Source: Setoptus koraiensis (Eukaryota; Animalia; Arthropoda). Taken from it: a stretch of DNA of 64,000 nt. The position numbers and the translations under genes are program-made. The stretch covers positions 6,758,001 to 6,822,000 of the forward strand of contig CM106586.1 in NCBI GenBank assembly GCA_048013815.1, written 5' to 3'. The notes beneath the pieces are model-generated. The model had not been told where the DNA came from, did no database searches, and saw nothing but the letters and a program-made list of their open reading frames with translations. Below, piece after piece: positions 60,401 to 64,000 of the stretch; position 1 is the first letter of the stretch; every line of letters starts with the position of its first letter.

Positions 60401-63400
60401 TTGCTGAGATGAATTTGATGGAGTAGATTCTTGGCTTATAGTTGTTCCTGTAGATTCATCGTTTGTTGAGTTTTCTTGCAAAGGTGATCCAACGCTTATA
60501 TTTTCGTCGTCCTCTTCTTCCATGACAGTAACCTCGGCACTATTTAGAGCTGGCGCATTCTCATCATCATTTGGAATAGATGCGTTGCGCACAAACTGAG
60601 TGTCTTCGTTATCAGAGGATAAAATAACATGATCCGTAGTCAAGATCTTTCGGAACTCTCTTGTTGGAGCTAAGTCTACAGTGTCCATATCATCTTCCTT
60701 CTTGATGTTTACTTGATCATCGAGGTTGGTGTCTTCATCATCATCTAGGTTTATCTCCTCTGCTTCATCTTCCAAAATATAAGTAGAGGACTTTTCGGGT
60801 GCCTCAGTTTCACCCGTTTCTACTTTTTGGCCGTCTTTTTGCTCTTCTACACAGGTGTCCTCCTCCTCTACAGAATTCTTTTTCATAGATTGTTGTTGCT
60901 TGATGAGTAGATTAGCGGATTCTTCCTTATGAATCCTCTCGCTGATCGAAATGACGTGAGACGGTGATTGGATTGTGTTATCGTCACAATTATCTTCAGT
61001 ATTGGCCTCACCATCAGCCAATATACTATCGTCAGCCGGTTCAGCCGGATCGAGGTCTATGGACTCCATTGTTGTATTGCCTGACAACATCTTTACAGGT
61101 GTCTGCTGTGGTGATTGATTCTGGGCCTCAGTCTTGCTTTCGTTGTTGAATCTGTCCAATACTTTACTATCCATCGTACTTAATTCATCTAACTTGTGAA
61201 CATTAAGACTTTTAGCTTCATTTTCATCTTCATTCTCATCTTCGTTCTCACGTTCATTTACATCTTGGTCCACATCTTCAGTCGGAGGTTCAATTGTTTC
61301 TTCTTTGTCATCAACGTCAGATGATTTGGAGGGAGAAGGATATTTAGTAGGCTGCGTTTTCGAGTTAACCGCAGATTCCTGTTGGCCATCATTGTAGCTC
61401 TCTGAGTCGGCACCACATACCTTGCTACTGGTCAAACTTTGTATTGCCGAGTCACCACTTTTAGTTGCCGACCCATGCAAGATTGACTTAGTTTCTGATT
61501 CCATGATGATAGAGTCATCTTCGTCGCCTAGCTTGGAATTAACTAGATCATCACCATAAGAGTCGTCATTGATATTATTCACAAAATTATCCGGGGATGC
61601 CTTATCATCTAAACCTGGTGACTCATCATACTCATCCTCTCTCGGATCGACGTCGAATTTCTTCAGTGATGCCATATTAAGATTAGCAAATTGTCCAATA
61701 AAATCATCATAACTGACTTTTGTGTGAATTATTGCCAATGTATCTATCCAAACTCTCCAACCTCCATATTCGTATCGAATGGCATGGTAAAGCAGAACAC
61801 GGAAAATGGCTAATATCTGGTCTCTTAGTAACTCGCAATTGTTACTATCAAAATCAATTAAATTAATAAGCCAGTGTTGCCAGACGGACATTTGTAACAC
61901 TGTTCGACGATTCTCGCGACTATTCACAATGAGATTCCACAAGTCGTTTATAAACACACTTCTTATATCTAAGCTTTGTTTTTGCTGGGGTTCTCTAGTA
62001 TAACTGATAGAGTTCATGTTAGACGGCGCTTTCTTGCCTTCTATGATCAATGATGCAATCACTTTCAGAATCATCGGGTTCTCGATCTTTGCATTATAAT
62101 CCAAACTGGTAGGCTGTTCTGGTCCCACTCCATTGATAGTTTGCCTCTCTGTAGGTTGATGCTGCTGGCCTAAGACAGTTGTAGACTCGATCAAAATCTG
62201 ATATAATGCACGATAAGTTGTGAACGATAATGGGGTGAAGTTTTTCAAATTTTCACATAGCAACATAAACAGATTGTAGGGACCCATTACATCCTGTTTT
62301 CTCTTTTGTGTGCTTTTACTTAAGAACAGGCCAAGTAAGCGCAGTGCCTGAACACGAACATCTTCGTTCGGAGAACTGATTAGTTTGAATATAACCTTGA
62401 CACCCTGTTTAGAATCAAAAGCAGGTATCAGAGTAGCTGGATACTCATTCATCAAAGATTCGAGCATGTTGAGAACGTCCAGTAGATTCTCATCGTTGTT
62501 GACGGTAGATAAATAATTGAGTATGCCTTGTAATTCATCGTGAGGTACAGTAGTAGATCGTAGTATCAGCTCCTTGACAAATAATAGAATATGAGACCTT
62601 ATCTTGCATAGATCAGCGTAACTTGGCCTTAAAGATGTATCCTTTGCTTTCAACTGAATATCTTTCTCCTCTGCTAGCCAATAGTAATATTTTAATGCAT
62701 GTAATGATTGCAGGACAGTTGACACACGTCTTATCTCGCCGAATAAAAAATCTGTACCATTTGAAGAGTTGTTATCATAGGATGAAGATCTCCAGTTTGA
62801 TTGATCATTGACTAATTTTGATTGCAAATTCGATGCATTGGAAGAGGATGCGTATTGCTGATTGATGGCCATCAAGCCAGCAGAGGCGGAAGTCGTTGGC
62901 GTATAGGCGCTTATGAAAGAGGTGCTATTACTAGTTTGATTCACAGTTCCAGTTGGACTTTCCATTGTTGAGTTACTCAAAGCTAGTACATGCTTAGTTC
63001 CATGGAGAAATTCTGTTGCCAAATAGGAATATAGATTGATTTGTAGTTTGGCATCTACATAAATCCACAAAGCTGGATTGAATAATATGTTATCCATGAG
63101 ATGCTTGAGCTGTAGAGAATCACCAGCCGTCTTAGAAGCAGTTATGAGTGTCCTAGTTAAATTGAGAAATATATCTAGTATTTGTTGCGTAAATATTTGA
63201 CGAGCGTTCTTTGTCAATGAACAAGCAATGATCACAAATCCATGACTTTGAATTATTTCGTTGGCAAACCAATGTGGAGAACATTCTAATAGATCACATA
63301 GGAATCCTATCAAAGTTGAACAAGCTTCTGCGTCACCTTTTGAAGCAAACACGTTAAGCAACGGAAATAGACTTCTAGCACATCCGATCGATTGCAATGT

Positions 63401-64000
63401 GGAACAAATGGGTTGAGTGACTATAGCCTTCGTCTGACCCAATAGTGCAGCATGAGGCGATGACATAAAGAAGTTTTGCGCGGAGTTTGACGTGGATGAT
63501 CTCAACGGGGCCGATTGAAGACACAGTGTTCCTCCGTCTACGGCCACGGGTGTATATAGACAAAATAGAGATGCAGACAACTTTTCTTCATATAATACCT
63601 TACTTATTTGCGATGGTAAATAAACCTGACTTTCATTACTATACTTAAATTGGCCCATGTATGAAGGACCTAATCTGTGGATGGCGCATATCTGAGCTGT
63701 GGTTAAGCTCTCATTGAACAAATATACCGCTGACATTTGACCGCAGAAGGAATTTAGCTCACTCCTATCTTGAGACATTGATCCAGATCCTCCAATGAAG
63801 CATTTATCAAATACTTCGTTTGTTTGCACTTGCCATGGCATTTCAATACTTGCAGATAATTGTCCATTTACATAAACTTTTATCTCAGATGCTCTCCATT
63901 TACTGATGTACGTTATTGCACAATAAACCCATTTATAGGATTGAAATTCATAAGCGACACAATGTTGAACACCTTTACCTTTGACTTTCATTGAGGTTAG
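54479..64000 (-). CDS. NBEA: Neurobeachin/rugose/LRBA-family BEACH-WD40 protein, 5'-truncated by the window edge, intronless over 9.5 kb
   Basis: ConA-like VKGKGVQHC...[24 protein letters not shown]; DUF1088-like [28 protein letters not shown]; PH; BEACH (~56400-57200: [54 protein letters not shown]); WD40 repeats. The frame stays open to base 64000, so ATG 63991 is probably internal. Confidence 0.95.
   Translation of the reverse strand, partial: [3173 protein letters not shown]

Noticed and set aside
1-64000. tRNA, rRNA, known miRNA and transposase signatures
   Set aside because: None recognised by eye. Near-matches to miR-9, miR-184 and let-7 starts are partial and lack hairpins. An Infernal/tRNAscan search is needed to exclude them formally.

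Overview
Eukaryotic genomic DNA, most likely arthropod. The long intronless genes suggest a genome-reduced mite such as an eriophyoid, but that is inference. The window has two halves. (1) Positions ~1-48 kb are GC/CpG-rich, contain no credible genes for the first 43.6 kb, and are saturated with short tandem duplications and short-spacer palindromes. They end in a tandem pair of intronless Snail-family zinc-finger genes (43624-45057 and 48214-49050, +). (2) Positions ~49-64 kb are a compact, AT-rich cluster on the minus strand: a single ORF fusing mitochondrial COQ3 to mitochondrial ribosome recycling factor, an orphan signal-anchor protein, and an intronless neurobeachin (BEACH/WD40) ORF that runs off the right edge. 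Main discoveries: (a) the in-frame COQ3-MRRF tandem precursor, with an internal MPP-type RRNY/S site and no start codon for the MRRF half; (b) the apparent gene desert contains a decayed, collinear, inverted copy of the neurobeachin-3'/orphan/COQ3/MRRF block (26.1-35.9 kb) plus other neurobeachin fragments, one of them strongly rewritten from AT to GC; (c) PUF60, Atg8-like and third-snail relics lie between the second snail gene and COQ3-MRRF; (d) a diverged inverted duplication (12.3-12.8 kb vs 25.6-26.1 kb) and several homotypic E-box/bZIP clusters are candidate snail enhancers. All alignments and counts were done by eye and need computational confirmation.
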